From the NCBI RefSeq assembly GCF_006345805.1, contig NC_043013.1:45694001-45758000 (forward strand): a stretch of DNA of 64,000 nt, read 5' to 3'. The position numbers were made by a program, and so were the translations under genes. Shown one piece after another: positions 1 to 12,532 of the stretch. Position 1 is the first letter of the stretch. Every line of letters begins with the position of its first letter. The notes under the pieces were generated by a model. That model was not told the DNA's origin. It was given only the letters and a program-made list of their open reading frames with translations, and did no database searches. This DNA is from Octopus sinensis. Its lineage: Eukaryota.

Positions 1-989
1 TAACTCGCCTAACGATGATGATGATAATTTCTAACAAAGGCACGTAGCCTTAAATTTGGAGGAGGGATATGATTGATTACTCTGAGCCCAGTACGTAACT
101 GGTATTTTATTTTATTGCAATGATGAAAAGCTTGGCAGAATTTGAACTCGGAACATAAAGGTCCACAAGTCATTTTGTCTGCTGTGCTAACAATTCTGCC
201 AATCCTCTGCCTTCATCATGGCAATTATTATATTTGTTTCTAACATAAACCTCAACCCCAGTGTTTAACTGGTACTTTGAATGAATGGTAAAATCAACCT
301 TAGTGGCATTTAACTTCAGAATGTGAAGCTGGAAGTGATGCTGCTAAACATTTTTGGTCTGCCAGCTCAATCAATGCCCATGTTTCAAATTTTGGCACAA
401 GGCCAGCAATTTTAGGAGATGATGATAATTATAGTAATAATCCTTACTACAATAGGCACAAAGTTTGAAATTGGGAAAGGGGTGGGGAGCTAGTCGATTA
501 CAGTGACCCCAGTGCTTGATGGGTCCTTAATTTATTGACCCTGAAAGGATGAAAGGCAAAGTTGATCTTGGTGGAATTTGAACTCAGAACTTTAAGATGG
601 ACGAAATGCCGCTAAGTATTTTGCCCAGTGTGCTAACGATTCTGCTAGCTTACCGCCTCAATAATAACAATAATAATAATCAGGGAATTTATTTTGTTAT
701 TAACGAAGAGAAAGCGACATTAGGGTTCATTAATCCTGCAATTGTTAGTATGAATTAATGTTTAGTTCCTTTGTATATCTTTGTGAAGAACCAGGATCCA
801 AATAATGGAAATGGACAACTAAGTACTTCTTAACCTATCTGTTTTAATAATGCAGAATGAAGGGGTGGGTGGGAGTAGACGCAAAAACTTTATGATATGA
901 GAAATTATTTTTTTGATAATGACTTTCAAGTTTGTTAATTCTCCAAGATCTTTTCCCCAACATTCTTAGCAATCTGTTTGGCTTATTTC

Positions 990-2040
990 AGCACCATAGA
1001 AGCACTTGTTCACACTAAATATTAATTAAGGTCTGTGTGATAATTTAAATATGGTTAATTCTATATTCTTAGAAAAACTGTGTTAAGATATATCTCTGTC
1101 ACGCTAAACACAACATTAGTAATAAGAATTATTACTTATTTACTTCTTGTGGCAAAAACTGTTACTGTAATATTCTATTGAAGTTCAGCAGAGCCAGAGC
1201 ATTTTGAGCACCAAAGTTCAATTCTTGTTTACCCGTAAGCTTAAGGTCACTCACTAGTTTACTGGATTAAGGGTTTTAATCATACAAATACTCTGTGTTC
1301 TTGTGCCCTCCGTCGACCATGTAGGTTGTAGTAAATCTAAATTTTGTTAAATTTGTATATGGAAAGAAGCGGTTCTGATATTTGAAGATTGACCCTTTGT
1401 CTGACAGAAAAGTAATTGTGTGGCGTAGAGAAGTGGCCAGGGAAAGATTGGGAATCAAAAGCTTGGAGGATAGAAAGTAGAAGTTATGGAGGGGCATGCA
1501 TATTAAGTGGAAAATGGACAAGATATTAAGTAGAAGATGGACAAGATGTAAAATAGAAGGGAAGCTAGTCTGCAGTTAAATATATGCTCAACACGAGTGT
1601 GATGGCATGACTAATAGCTCTGGCTTAGTAATGTGCAATATTCACAACAAATCAAGGACAGCCACAATTGAGAAAGTGTTGGATCTCCTTAGATTTAGAG
1701 TGAATGTTGTTGTTGTGGTGGCAGTAGTGGGGGGTCTTTATTGTGCAGTTGGTGAAGATGGAAGAATAGTTGATACAGAAGTCAGAATAAATGGGGTTTA
1801 TAGAATATAGAGGTGGACAACAGGTGGATGTTATCCCTAGTGATAAAAATGTTGGATAAAGTGGAAGTGATAATATAATAAACAACTATACTAAAGTGTA
1901 AACATTCAATGCAATTGTTTGTTGAACAAAACACATTTTGTTGAAGTAACAATTAGGGATTAAATGTTTATCCTTTGTCAGACTTATCTTTGAGTTCCTT
2001 ATTCTAAATGGCCAGACATAACTTTGTTGAACTTGTCCTC
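990..2040 (-). mobile_element. Decayed Penelope-like retroelement fragment
   Basis: Frameshifted translation TSIFYKP...NYSSIF...TIKTP...KSKEIQHFLNCGCP resembles the PLE RT C-terminus (YKPTDSHSYL...SQEMAQHFLNRGYP, from memory). Confidence 0.5.
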
Positions 2041-2056
2041 CCACCCTCAAGAATAT

Positions 2057-2262
2057 AATCCTTTTTTACTATAGGTACAAGGCCTGGAATTTGAGGGAAG
2101 GGTCTAGTTAATAACTGTGTGTAACTGGTAGTTATTTCATCAACTTCGAAAAGATGAAAGGCAAAGTTGACTTTGATGGCATTTGAACTCAGAACGTAGC
2201 GACGGGTGAAATACCGCTAAGCATTTCATCCAGCATGCTAACGATTCTGCCAGCTGGCCACC
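2057..2262 (-). mobile_element. tRNA-derived SINE family A copy about 60 nt after the SELENOO stop, with TSD
   Basis: Head GGTGGCCAGCTGGCAGAATCGTTAGC, core CTTTGCCTTTCATC; flanking direct repeat (CCACC)CTCAAGAATAT at 2041-2056 and 2258-2273. Confidence 0.85.
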
Positions 2263-2330
2263 CTCAAGAATATTAATAAAGTGTATTTGTGAGTAACAAG
2301 TGCTTCTACGGTGCAGTATTGAGAGATAAT

Positions 2331-2476
2331 TTATGAAGATCAGGAGACACGTATATCATAAGCCCAACTTGGAGGTTTGCAGTCATAACTGAATCCTGAG
2401 GAACTGTAAACACTGGAGTCCTCAAGACCGGCTGCTGCGGCCGCTGCTGCAACGGCACCTTCACAAGATGAAGAAG
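2331..2476 (-). CDS. SELENOO: SelO exon 13, terminal, with in-frame UGA (Sec) at 2340-2342
   Basis: ...GFSYDCKPPSWAYDIRVS-TGA-TCT-TCA-TAA, i.e. VSUSS*, matching the SelO family C-terminus; acceptor TTTATTGCAG; 146 nt, phase matches exon 12. Confidence 0.93.
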
Positions 2477-4468
2477 CTGCAATAAAACAGAAACATATAT
2501 TTAATGAGGAACAGAACATTTTACAGACGAGGAAGATCTGAAGAATTATTCAATAGAAATTTGAAATATTTGCTCAGTGATTTCTACACATTGTTTTATA
2601 GCAAATCATTTTACAATTGAATTTATAGGTTAAATTGAATCCCCTGATAGGAAGCATAGGACTAGTTTCCCAGTTCTTGTGACATATATATTTATAAATT
2701 AATATTTAACATTATAATCGATTGTTTGACATAATCATAATCGTTAAAGTTTCTAGTTTGATAATAGAGTTTTCTATAAGAAAAATTATTATTTTATTTA
2801 TTTCTTTAAAAAATATTGTTTTTAAATATATTTGATTATTATTTAACTATTATCATTAACCTGAAGATTGACTAAAACCATAATTCGAATTATTAATTGA
2901 ATTTAAATTATTGTTATTTGAATTAGGTTATGGGCATGAAACGATCATAGTGGTTTTACTTTTTATCTTATATTAAACTTTTTAATACTTTTTGATAGTT
3001 ATATATATTTAATAAATAAAAAAATATAAATAAAAATAATATATATATATATATAAATTTATAAATATAAATTAATAATTTAAAATTTTTAACTTTAAAT
3101 TTAAATAATTTAAATTTTTGAATTTTATATTTTATATATTATATTAACTAATTTTATTTCTATGTTTTGGTTTATGTTTTTCACTGTTTGATTTGCCTAA
3201 TAGTGTTTTATCTCTAATTTAATTTATATATATATATATATTCCTCTCTGGATGGGACTCAGGTCTATTGTAGGATTACTCATTTTCAACAGCTGAGTGG
3301 ATTGGAACAATGTGAAATGAAGTATTTTGCTCAAGAATACAAGGAATTGCCAGGTCCAGGAATTGAAACCACACTCTTACAATCACGAGTCCAACAACCT
3401 AACCACTAAGCCATGCACCACCACTATGCATGTACTCCTCCGATAAAAGGCATTACAAATCACAATTAACCATAGATGGTATTATAAAGAATTAGATTAT
3501 TGTAAAATGAATGAAAAATTTGCAAAATTACTAACACTGGAGAAAGAATAAAATGAAATTTTTCTAATCAATGTTAACTGAAGCAGCTTTGGATAAATTA
3601 TAACCATGTAAAGCCATGTTTGACACATTTGATTGTAATCAGTTGTAACAAGACATAACACTTCAAAAATAGTCCCAGGAGAAAATTCTTCACCCAAACC
3701 TGTGTAAATGCACATTTTGTTTTGGACTGTGCATAACATAATCAAATTATAGTACATGTGCATTTCTGCGTCTTTCTGTTTTGTCAGCAATGGAAAGTAA
3801 CTCAATCACCTACAAGATATACAGTAGTATAGTTTCTTCTTCTCCATCATCATCACTATCATTGTCATCATCATCATCAGAAAGTTTTAAAGATTTAATA
3901 TCAAAATTATCTTTCTTGTCTCCATAGAACAGTGGTTAAAGGATTAGTGAGACTTCAATGTGAACACTTTTTTTATATGGCCAATTGAGCAAGTGTATGT
4001 GTGTGAGGGAGAGAGAGAGTTGAAATTGATTTTGGTACTTGATTGATACTTTATTATTGACAAAAAAAGGGGATAAAAGGCAAAGCTTGTCTCTCTGGGA
4101 TTTGATCTCAGAAGTATTTGAACACTAGCAGTATTTGTTCTGGCCCTTGGCACCCCATCTGATAGTCTAACAACTCTTAGTTCTTTACTGCCTACAAGGG
4201 GATAAACACAGAGGGGACAAACAAGGTCAGACAAATGGATTAAGTCGATTACATCGACCCCAGTGCATAACTGGTACTTATTTAATCGACCCCGAAAGGA
4301 TGAAAGGCAAAGTCGACCTCGGCGGAATTTGAACTCAGAAAGTAACAGCAGATGAAATACAGTGAAGCATTTCGCCCGGCGTGCTAACGATTCTGCCAGC
4401 TCACCACCTATTCTAACAACTCTGCCAAGCAACCATACTCATTTCAAAATAACAAAAGAATATCCTAC

Positions 4469-4647
4469 CTTGATCAGTGTTATCAGTATTTGAAGATATA
4501 TCTAATCTGTTTGTAGAAACCTCATCCACTTCTGTGCTGTCAGTGTAAGGATTTTGAAGAAGACTGTAAACCCGGCGCACCTCAAAGAAATCACCACCTT
4601 CGGCAGCTTTTATAGCATTCTCTGCGATATAGTTGCGTAGTACAAAC
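4469..4647 (-). CDS. SELENOO: SelO exon 12
   Basis: FVLRNYIAENAIKAAEGGDFFEVRRVYSLLQNPYTD... (NPRFVLRNY motif); AG/GTAGGA; 179 nt. Confidence 0.96.
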
Positions 4648-5712
4648 CTACAGTATAAAGCATGGCGCTGACCAATTCAAAGCATAAATTATACAGATGA
4701 CTGGAATAAGAAAACGTGCACCTGACCATTACAAAGGTTTTTTTTAATTTGACCGAGGAAGACAGGCAACACATTAGTTTTACCTTTTGTCACCTGGTAA
4801 GTGGTTAATAGGTAAACATGGATACAACAATTTCAGAGAAATGAAGTTCTTTAGGAGGAATGGATAGTTATTTGAATGTAGTCTGGTTATTGCCAGAATG
4901 TAAGACTTACAGAGCAGTTAGTTGTCTGAGTCACTGCTTTTGCTTGGTGCTAAAACTTGGACATTGTACGAAAGTTAATGGAAGAAACTCTATGTTCCTA
5001 TATGATATCCCAGCGGTCAATCATAAAAATCTGGAGGAACAAGGCTTCCAGCAGTGAGATTCTAGGGCCAGCTTGATACCAAAATATGGAAGATTTCTTC
5101 TTCAGGAAAACCTCACATTGGATGAGTCATATTACCCAAATATTATCTGAAAATCTGATCAAACTCATGCTGTACACAAAACTACCAGAAGAACTAAAAG
5201 AATGTTGTCAGTCTCACTGACACTAGAGCATCATGGAGAGAAAAATGATGATACAACCTTAGACATCCCTTTGATAGGTATAGGAGTGGCTGTGTGGTAA
5301 GTAGCTTGCTTACGAACCATATGGATCAGAGTTCAGTCCCACTGCATGGCACCTTGGGCAAGTGTCTTCTACTATAGCCTCAGGCCAACCAAAGCCTTGT
5401 GAGTGGATTTGGTAGATGGAAACTGAAAGAAGCCAGTCACACACACACACACACACACATATATATGTATGTGTGTGTGTATATATATTTCTGAGTCTGT
5501 GTTTGTCCCCCTAACATTGCTTGACAACCAATGCTGGTGTGTTTACATCCTCGTAAATTAGTGGTTCGGCAAAAGACAGCCATGTCAAGTTGGATACAAG
5601 GGATATTCCAAATATGCCATTAAATATTACTTGCTGTAAAATGTTTATATTGAAATCTATCATGCTAAAACATTCATGGTTGTAACTAGATACTATGGGG
5701 ACAATATAATAC

Positions 5713-5870
5713 CTTGGATTGACGCTATTCATAAGGTGAACCCTTTTCTTGCAGAATCCTTCCAAATCGTCTTCTTCACTGGCTTCAGTCTGCAATAACT
5801 GAAGATATTGCTCCAACCATGCCTTCCATTCTGTCTTGTCACTCTGTTCCTTCTCTTCCTGAGACCTGTC
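5713..5870 (-). CDS. SELENOO: SelO exon 11
   Basis: DRSQEEKEQSDKTEWKAWLEQYLQLLQTEASEEDDLEGFCKKRVHLMNSVNP(R); AG/GT; 158 nt. Confidence 0.95.
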
Positions 5871-6928
5871 CTAATTAAAAAGACAAAACAAAATAGAAAT
5901 TAAATTTTTATCATCATTTAACGTCCACCTTCCATGCTGCCATGGGTTGGATGGTTTGACTGGAGCTAGTAAGGCCAGGGGCTGCATCCGGCCCCATTGT
6001 CTGTTCTGGCATGGTTTCTATCGCTGGATGCCCTTCCTAATGCCAGCCACTCTACAAAGCGTACTGGGTACTTTTTATGTGGTACCAGTGCTTTTAACAT
6101 GGCCCTAGCATGAGTGCATTTTATGTGGAATCGGTACCGAGTAAAAATCTTAAATGATATAAAATATAGTAAAGTTCCTTCATGACTGAAAATGAAAAGA
6201 ATGGTTCAAAGGTGCTCCAGCATGACCACAGCTGCATGGCTGAAACGAGTAAAAGAGCCAGTGATAGATGCTGTGAAGACAAATGGGATGAAGGGGCTGG
6301 GTCACATGTTAAGGAAAGACGAAGGGGGGGGAATAATGTAAAAGGAATACAGAGGATCATAGGGCAATATGAAGAAGATTATCATGTGACTTGCAAGGCC
6401 ACTACACTCACGGAGTGGTCGGCATTAGGAAGGGCATCCAGCTGTAGAAACACTGCCAGATCAGACTGGAGCCTGGCACAGCCTCCTGGCTTCCCAGACC
6501 CCGGTTGAACCATCCAACCCATGCTCGCATGGAAAACGGATGTAAAACGATGATGATGACGATTGTTTTAAATTATTCATGCATTTTGATGAGGCAGCTG
6601 TTAATAGTTAGAATGATATTGTAGGGTTGGTGTGAGAGGCCAGCTCTGGTCAGTTTGAACATAAAACAGGTGGATTATTTTGGTCAGGTATGGCCGGTTT
6701 AAATGCTAATGGGTTAAATATGTAGTGAAGTACCAGTGACCATATTTTAGATGAGATGCTTTGATACATAACAACATACACTACTATTAACAAAATAAAT
6801 AAAGATAAGAGTTTATGAAATGCTTCAACCAGCCACCACAACTCTCCTACTTTTTTGGTTTTTGAACAATATTTATGTCAAAAAGAAATATGGAAAAAAG
6901 AAAAGAAAATTAAATTTTCATAACTCAC

Positions 6929-7049
6929 AGCAAGTTTCCTGGCATTTTCAATTCTTTCCAACTCTTTAAAAACTTTACGAACCTCCGGTCCAAGTTGTGT
7001 TAAAATGTCTGGGTTGGTTTGAGCAATTGCCAAAATTAAGTTAAAATCT
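6929..7049 (-). CDS. SELENOO: SelO exon 10
   Basis: DFNLILAIAQTNPDILTQLGPEVRKVFKELERIENARKLA; AG/GTGAGT; 121 nt. Confidence 0.92.
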
Positions 7050-8143
7050 CTAAATAGAGAGAGAAAAGATAAAAAAAAGGGATCAAAATTTGAGCAGATA
7101 TCATAATTACCTTCATCATTTTAGCATCCGCTTTTCTGTGCTTGTATGGGTCAGTCAGAGTTTGTTGTGGTGGGTTTTCTATGACTGGATGCCCCTCCTG
7201 TCACCAACACTCATTTATTTCCAAGCAAAGTAATAACTCCCACAACATCAGACATGTTTTCATGGAAGATTGGAATGTTTACAACTATTAGACGATGTCA
7301 AGGCAAGGAGACAGTCACACCCACACACACGAATATATGACAGGAATCTTTTAGTTTCCATCTATGATATCCTCTCCTAGATGTTGGTTGTTGTTCCTTC
7401 TCGAGCCATGCCTGGCTCATAAGGGCCGGTTTCCTGGTTTTTTGGCGTATAGGTTCCCCACCTGGACGGGACGCCAGTCCGTCGCAGGTGAGCTGCAAGA
7501 TGCAGGAGGAAAGAGTAAGAGAAAGTTGTGGTGAATGAGTTAGCAGAAGTTCACCATTACCTTCTGCCGGATTCGCGTGGAGCTTAGGTGTTTCGCTCAT
7601 AAACACACACATTACCCGGTCCGAGATTCGAACCCGCGATCCCTCGACTGCGAGTCCGCTGCTCTAACCACTAGGCCATGTGCCTCCACATTCCTAGATG
7701 TAGGAAACATAAAATAACAAACTGTTATTGTAGTTTTTTTATTGGCTTTCCCTTGCTGGCATTGGCTGGACAAAACTTGTTTTCAAGTAAGATATTCACA
7801 TGTTGAATTGCCAAACTACCAGACTTTTTGATTGTATGTGACATAAACAATGTTATTTGCACAAATGCTGTCAATGTGAAAACACAGAGAGAGACAAAGA
7901 CACGCTCACACACACATATTTTATACACCCAACAGGTTTCCTTAATTCTTGACAACCAAATTTGGTTCACAAAATTTTGGTGAGCTGTATTTATTGAAAA
8001 ATAAGGTTAAGCACTCAAAAAAAATTATATTCAAATTAGTGTTAACATATGCAATGTTAATACTCACAAGTTATATTTTTTTCCATTGTGTTAACACTAT
8101 ATAATTTAAAGGTAGGGTTATCTCCCCTGTCTGCTTTGACCAG

Positions 8144-8179
<36 letters not shown>

Positions 8180-8183
8180 ATAC

Positions 8184-8378
8184 CTTGAGTTCACTCGAAG
8201 CTGGCAGTCAGCTTTAAGTTCTTCAATGGTTGAACAGTTTGAAACAAGGTATTCAAGTGCTTCATCAAGGCCATTGCCTTCCCCTCCTGGAACAGCTAAT
8301 TTACTCAGGAAACGGAAAGTGTTTGTGAAATCTGCTCCAGTTGAGGACATAGTTTTAAGAAGATCTTTAACAATATTG
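8184..8378 (-). CDS. SELENOO: SelO exon 9
   Basis: NIVKDLLKTMSSTGADFTNTFRFLSKL...KADCQLRVNS (GADFTNTFR motif); AG/GTATGC; 195 nt. Confidence 0.95.
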
Positions 8379-8504
8379 CTGTAATAAAAAGATTGTTTGA
8401 ATCAAAAAATACTTTATCTGCTAAAAGAATGTTTTAGAAATAAACTTACAAACTTAGAAATAAAAAATAATCTAAAGCAGATATAGAATCCAGATACATA
8501 TGCT

Positions 8505-8845
8505 GAGATCCCCTTCGGTCAAGAATGACCATGGGATTGCACCTAGAAAGTTACCCTCCCAGGCACAAGTCCAGGCAAGGTTGTTTATGGAAGACCAACA
8601 GTCGCCCATGCATACCGGCCTCCCCTCTTCACGCCACCGATGTTACCCCAAGGGAAAGGCAAAGGGGCCGATACAGCTTGGCATAAGTGACGTCGCAACT
8701 CATTTCTACAGCTGAGTGAACTGGAGCAACATGAAATAAAGTGTCTTGCTCAAGAACACAACACGCAGCCCGGTCCGGGATTTGAACTCACAACCTCATG
8801 ATCGTAAGCTCAACGCTCTAACCACTGAGCCATGTGCCTTCACAG
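8505..8845 (-). mobile_element. SINE family D (tRNA head; CTGAGTGAACTGGAGCAAC...TTGCTCAAGAACACAAC core)
   Basis: Near-identical copies at 39829-40163 and 40393-40731; related pieces at 3235-3425, 14335-14582 and 34760-35060. Confidence 0.8.
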
Positions 8846-8904
8846 ATACATATACTATTTATGTAAACTAAAACACTAATGAGATAATCAAAGAAGTCTC
8901 CATA

Positions 8905-9195
8905 TAATAATAATAATAATGAAATTATTGTATACAGTGCTCAGGTGCACCACAACTTGTCAGAAAGTGCGTCTAAAGTCTGGAAAGCGAACAATGTACG
9001 AGTCAGATACATGCTTGTGTGTGTATGGAGGGGAGAAAATCAGGTGTAGTGTTGGCGAATCTAAGGAAGCATGGAAGTTTTGAAGGATGCAGTGCTCCGA
9101 CAACTAACAACTGATGCCGGCAGTTTGTTCCATGCTTCAGCAACTCTCAGCGTGAAAAAATGTTTCCTGAAGTCATGGGAGCTGTGCTGTTTAAC
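8905..9195 (-). mobile_element. CR1-clade LINE 3' end
   Basis: DFRKHFFTLRVAEAWNKLPASVVSC C-terminus plus (TAT)n tail; related pieces at 31046-31195(-) and 37370-37620(+). Confidence 0.8.
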
Positions 9196-9905
9196 TTCCA
9201 AGAAATAGTAGCCAAATATTTTGCAAATCACACCCTAACAGAATGGACACATTTAGATAATAAGTTTAAAAAAAAGATGTGGTCACAGCTAGAATCCCCT
9301 TGCTCATAGGGGCATTTGATCAGATAAATATCTTCTATGGAATTGATATAAGGAGCAATGGCCTCACTTCTCCCATAACAGAAATTTTGACTAATGAAGT
9401 GCATTTGATAAAAATCAAATTGATTTCCATGATTGGTTATTTAAATCCTGCTAGGATCCTCTTTAAGAGTTTTTAAATAATAAAATCTACTTTAAATACA
9501 GTAAAGCTAAGAAACACTTAGTATTTCTGCATTTTGTTTTGGCAAACCCCTTACTTTTGTCTCATCCTAGAACAGCACAAGTGCCTTATTAGATAAAAGA
9601 GGCCTGATAATCTGTAATAATTTAAGAAACAGTGTGAAAGCATTCAGACTGATTAAGGAAGTCCTGCCTATGAATCCTGGTACTGTCTGTTCTCTAAGAA
9701 CTGTATAGAGTTGTTACGGTAACAAATAAGACTTGAGTAGATTGTCTATCACATGCATGGTTGGGGGGAAAATTTGGAATGTTGGTCTGGCTAAGCCATG
9801 TTATTCTAGAAGGGTTAGGTTTTAGAATAAAGAATGAAATGGTATCAGTTGGAAGCTATGCAGACATAAGCTGTGTAGAAGGTAATCTGGCACCAAACAA
9901 CTTAC

Positions 9906-9937
9906 TTCAGCTCTTTGTGGTCTTTTTGGAAGCCAAG
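9906..9937 (-). CDS. SELENOO: SelO exon 8 (32-nt micro-exon)
   Basis: LGFQKDHKEL; pyrimidine-rich acceptor TTTTCACCAG and donor GTAAGT; bridges phase 0 to phase 2 and supplies the conserved KKKLG. Confidence 0.88.
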
Positions 9938-10141
9938 CTGGTGAAAAGAAAAAGAGAAACAACAATCAGAAACAGGACCATATCCATAAACAGTCACTAA
10001 AAAGAGATTAGGTTAACAATGGTCTGGTTGGTAAGAATGAAATAAGAGTTAAACTGAAGTGGTGTATATTATGCTGTGAGAGGAATTAAGGATGTGATTT
10101 GGACAATTAGTGTCAGATGAGAATTGAAGATTTTGTAAGAA

Positions 10142-10279
<138 letters not shown>

Positions 10280-10803
10280 TACCTAGATGAATTCCTTGCC
10301 ATGAAATCACCTCAATTCTGGGAAGAGGGTATTTTCAAGTTAAAGGAAAGATGGAGACGCATTGTGCAACAAAATGGTTCATATCTGGTTGATTAAAAAT
10401 GTAATGGCAAGTATTTATTGACCTTTTTCTTTTTTCTCTTTAAAAATCGGCACAAACTTTCCAGACAACCCAATATACATGAATATATACATATACATAT
10501 ATATTTCTTTATTGCCAACAAGGGGCTAAACATAGAGGGGACAAACAAGGACAGACAAAGCGATTGAGTCGATTAAATTGACCCCAGTGCATAACTGGTA
10601 CTTTCTTTATCGACCCCGGAAGGATGAAAGGCAAAGTCGACCTCGGTGGAATTTGAACTCAGAACGTAGCGACAGACGAAATACTGCTGAGCATTTCGCT
10701 CGGCGTGCTAACGATTCTGCCAGCTCGCCGCCCTAGCACACACATATATATATTTGTAGGGTGAGGGGAAATAGAGTAACAGAAACAAAGTGAAACTGCC
10801 AAC

Positions 10804-10976
10804 CTTTTTCTTCATCATTCCAAAGTATTCGTCATTAAATGTTTTATCAAAGATGTTTTCCAACTCGGGCAAAGTCTTGTCAAGTGGCACAGCTTCTTGG
10901 ATATCTTCTGCCAGTTTGCGACAGTTCCATTTACAGATCTCTGGCTGTTTACTGTAAGAGTATCGGCCTTCTCCAT
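10804..10976 (-). CDS. SELENOO: SelO exon 7
   Basis: DGEGRYSYSKQPEICKWNCRKLAEDIQEAVPLDKTLPELENIFDKTFNDEYFGMMKKK; AG/GT; 173 nt. Confidence 0.95.
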
Positions 10977-11399
10977 CTAAAATTCAGGAGGGAAAAACTG
11001 AGTATGATGCAAAGGGATAAACCAAGTGGAATGAAATGCTTAAACATACACATGCTCTTTTTTCCTCTCTAACATCAACCACTTTACAAAGTGGGCTGGG
11101 CGTAATTTTACGTGGCACCAGCACAGGTGAGGTCCGTTTTGGCATGGGTTTCGTGGCTGGATGCCTTTTCCTAATGCCAACCCTTTACAGAGTGGACCGG
11201 GTGCTTTTCGTGCGGTACCAGCACCAGTGAGATCTGTTTTGGCATGGTGTTTGGACCCTTGATGTAATTCTCTCAAGTAGAATTAGTGACAAAACTGGAC
11301 TTTCAAAAACGTGTACAGTTAATTTGCCAGGCTTCCATACAGTTTCCAGTCTATTTTCACTCACAAGGCTTTGATCAATCTGAGGCTATGATAAAAGAC

Positions 11400-11665
11400 A
11401 CTTGCCCAAATAGAGAGAAAGTAGAGTTTCTACCAACATCTTTTCTACAGATTGAGCAGGGCCATCTACCTGAGGGGATTTGTGATTTGTCTGCCTTCCT
11501 ATTTACTATGACTTTGATTTTTGCTAGGTTAACTATAAAGCCCTTTGATTCTAGACCTTGCTTCCATACCTGAAACTTCTTCTCTAGTTCAGATAGTGAT
11601 TCAGCTATAAGTGCAAGGTCATCAGCATAGAGGAGTTCCCAGGGGCAGCCTGTCTTGAATGCCAC
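11400..11665 (-). mobile_element. RTE-clade LINE reverse transcriptase fragment
   Basis: GCPWELLYADDLALIAES...GLESKG..VNLAKIKV...WPCSIC: YADD motif and RTE-type CxxC. Confidence 0.85.
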
Positions 11666-12469
11666 TACATATCTGCATAACTACATACACAACATACCAT
11701 CATCATCACCACCACCACCACTATCATCATCATCATTGTTTTTACACCCACTTTTCCGTGCTCACACGCAGTGGGACAGAATTTCGTTGAGGTGGATTTT
11801 CTATGAGCAGATGCCTTCCCAAAGAAGGTAAAATTTCCCCATAACCAGACATGTTTTCCTGGAAGACTGGGAAATGAAGGATGCTGTTTGTATGAAGGTG
11901 ACATTCATTTACAAATGTCAAGTGATGTCAAGGCAAGGAGATAGTGACATACATACACATATATGATGGGCTTCTTTCAGTTTCTGTCAACCAAATCCAC
12001 TCACATGGCTTTGGTCAGCCCAGAGCTATAAAAGAAGATACTTGCCCAAGATGTCACACAGTGGGACTGAACCCAGAAGCATGTGGTTAGAAAACAAACT
12101 CCTTACCACAGAGCCACTTCATATAACTACATACATTACATACAACTATATATAATTAGATATACTACACAAAAACTACATAGAAGACGTGCCCATTATA
12201 CAGGCTTTTGATATATAAATAAATATGATAAATGTAGCAAAGACTACCTTGGAGATTTTATATCATAAAAACTTCATATAGTTTTTATGATATATATATA
12301 GGCGCAGGAGTGGCTGTGTGGTAAGGAGCTTGCTTACCAACCTCATGGTTTCGGGTTCATTCCCACTGCGTGGCACCTTGAGCAAGTGTCTTCTACTATA
12401 GCCTTGGGTTGACCAAAGCCTTGTGAGTGGATTTGGTAGACGGAAACTGAAAGAAGCTCATCGTATATA

Positions 12470-12532
<63 letters not shown>

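Noticed and set aside
690-1300. SECIS candidates at ATGA 727 and 1279 and GTGA 1008, 1099 and 1247 (minus strand)
   Set aside because: No complementary helix II ending in GA could be formed by eye
2340-2342. TGA as the true stop codon of SelO
   Set aside because: The following Ser-Ser-TAA matches the family's conserved U/C-S-S terminus; kept as an open alternative only if no SECIS exists
2700-3240. Very AT-rich tract as a NUMT or control region
   Set aside because: No tRNA, rRNA or mitochondrial protein motif was recognisable; treated as low-complexity intron
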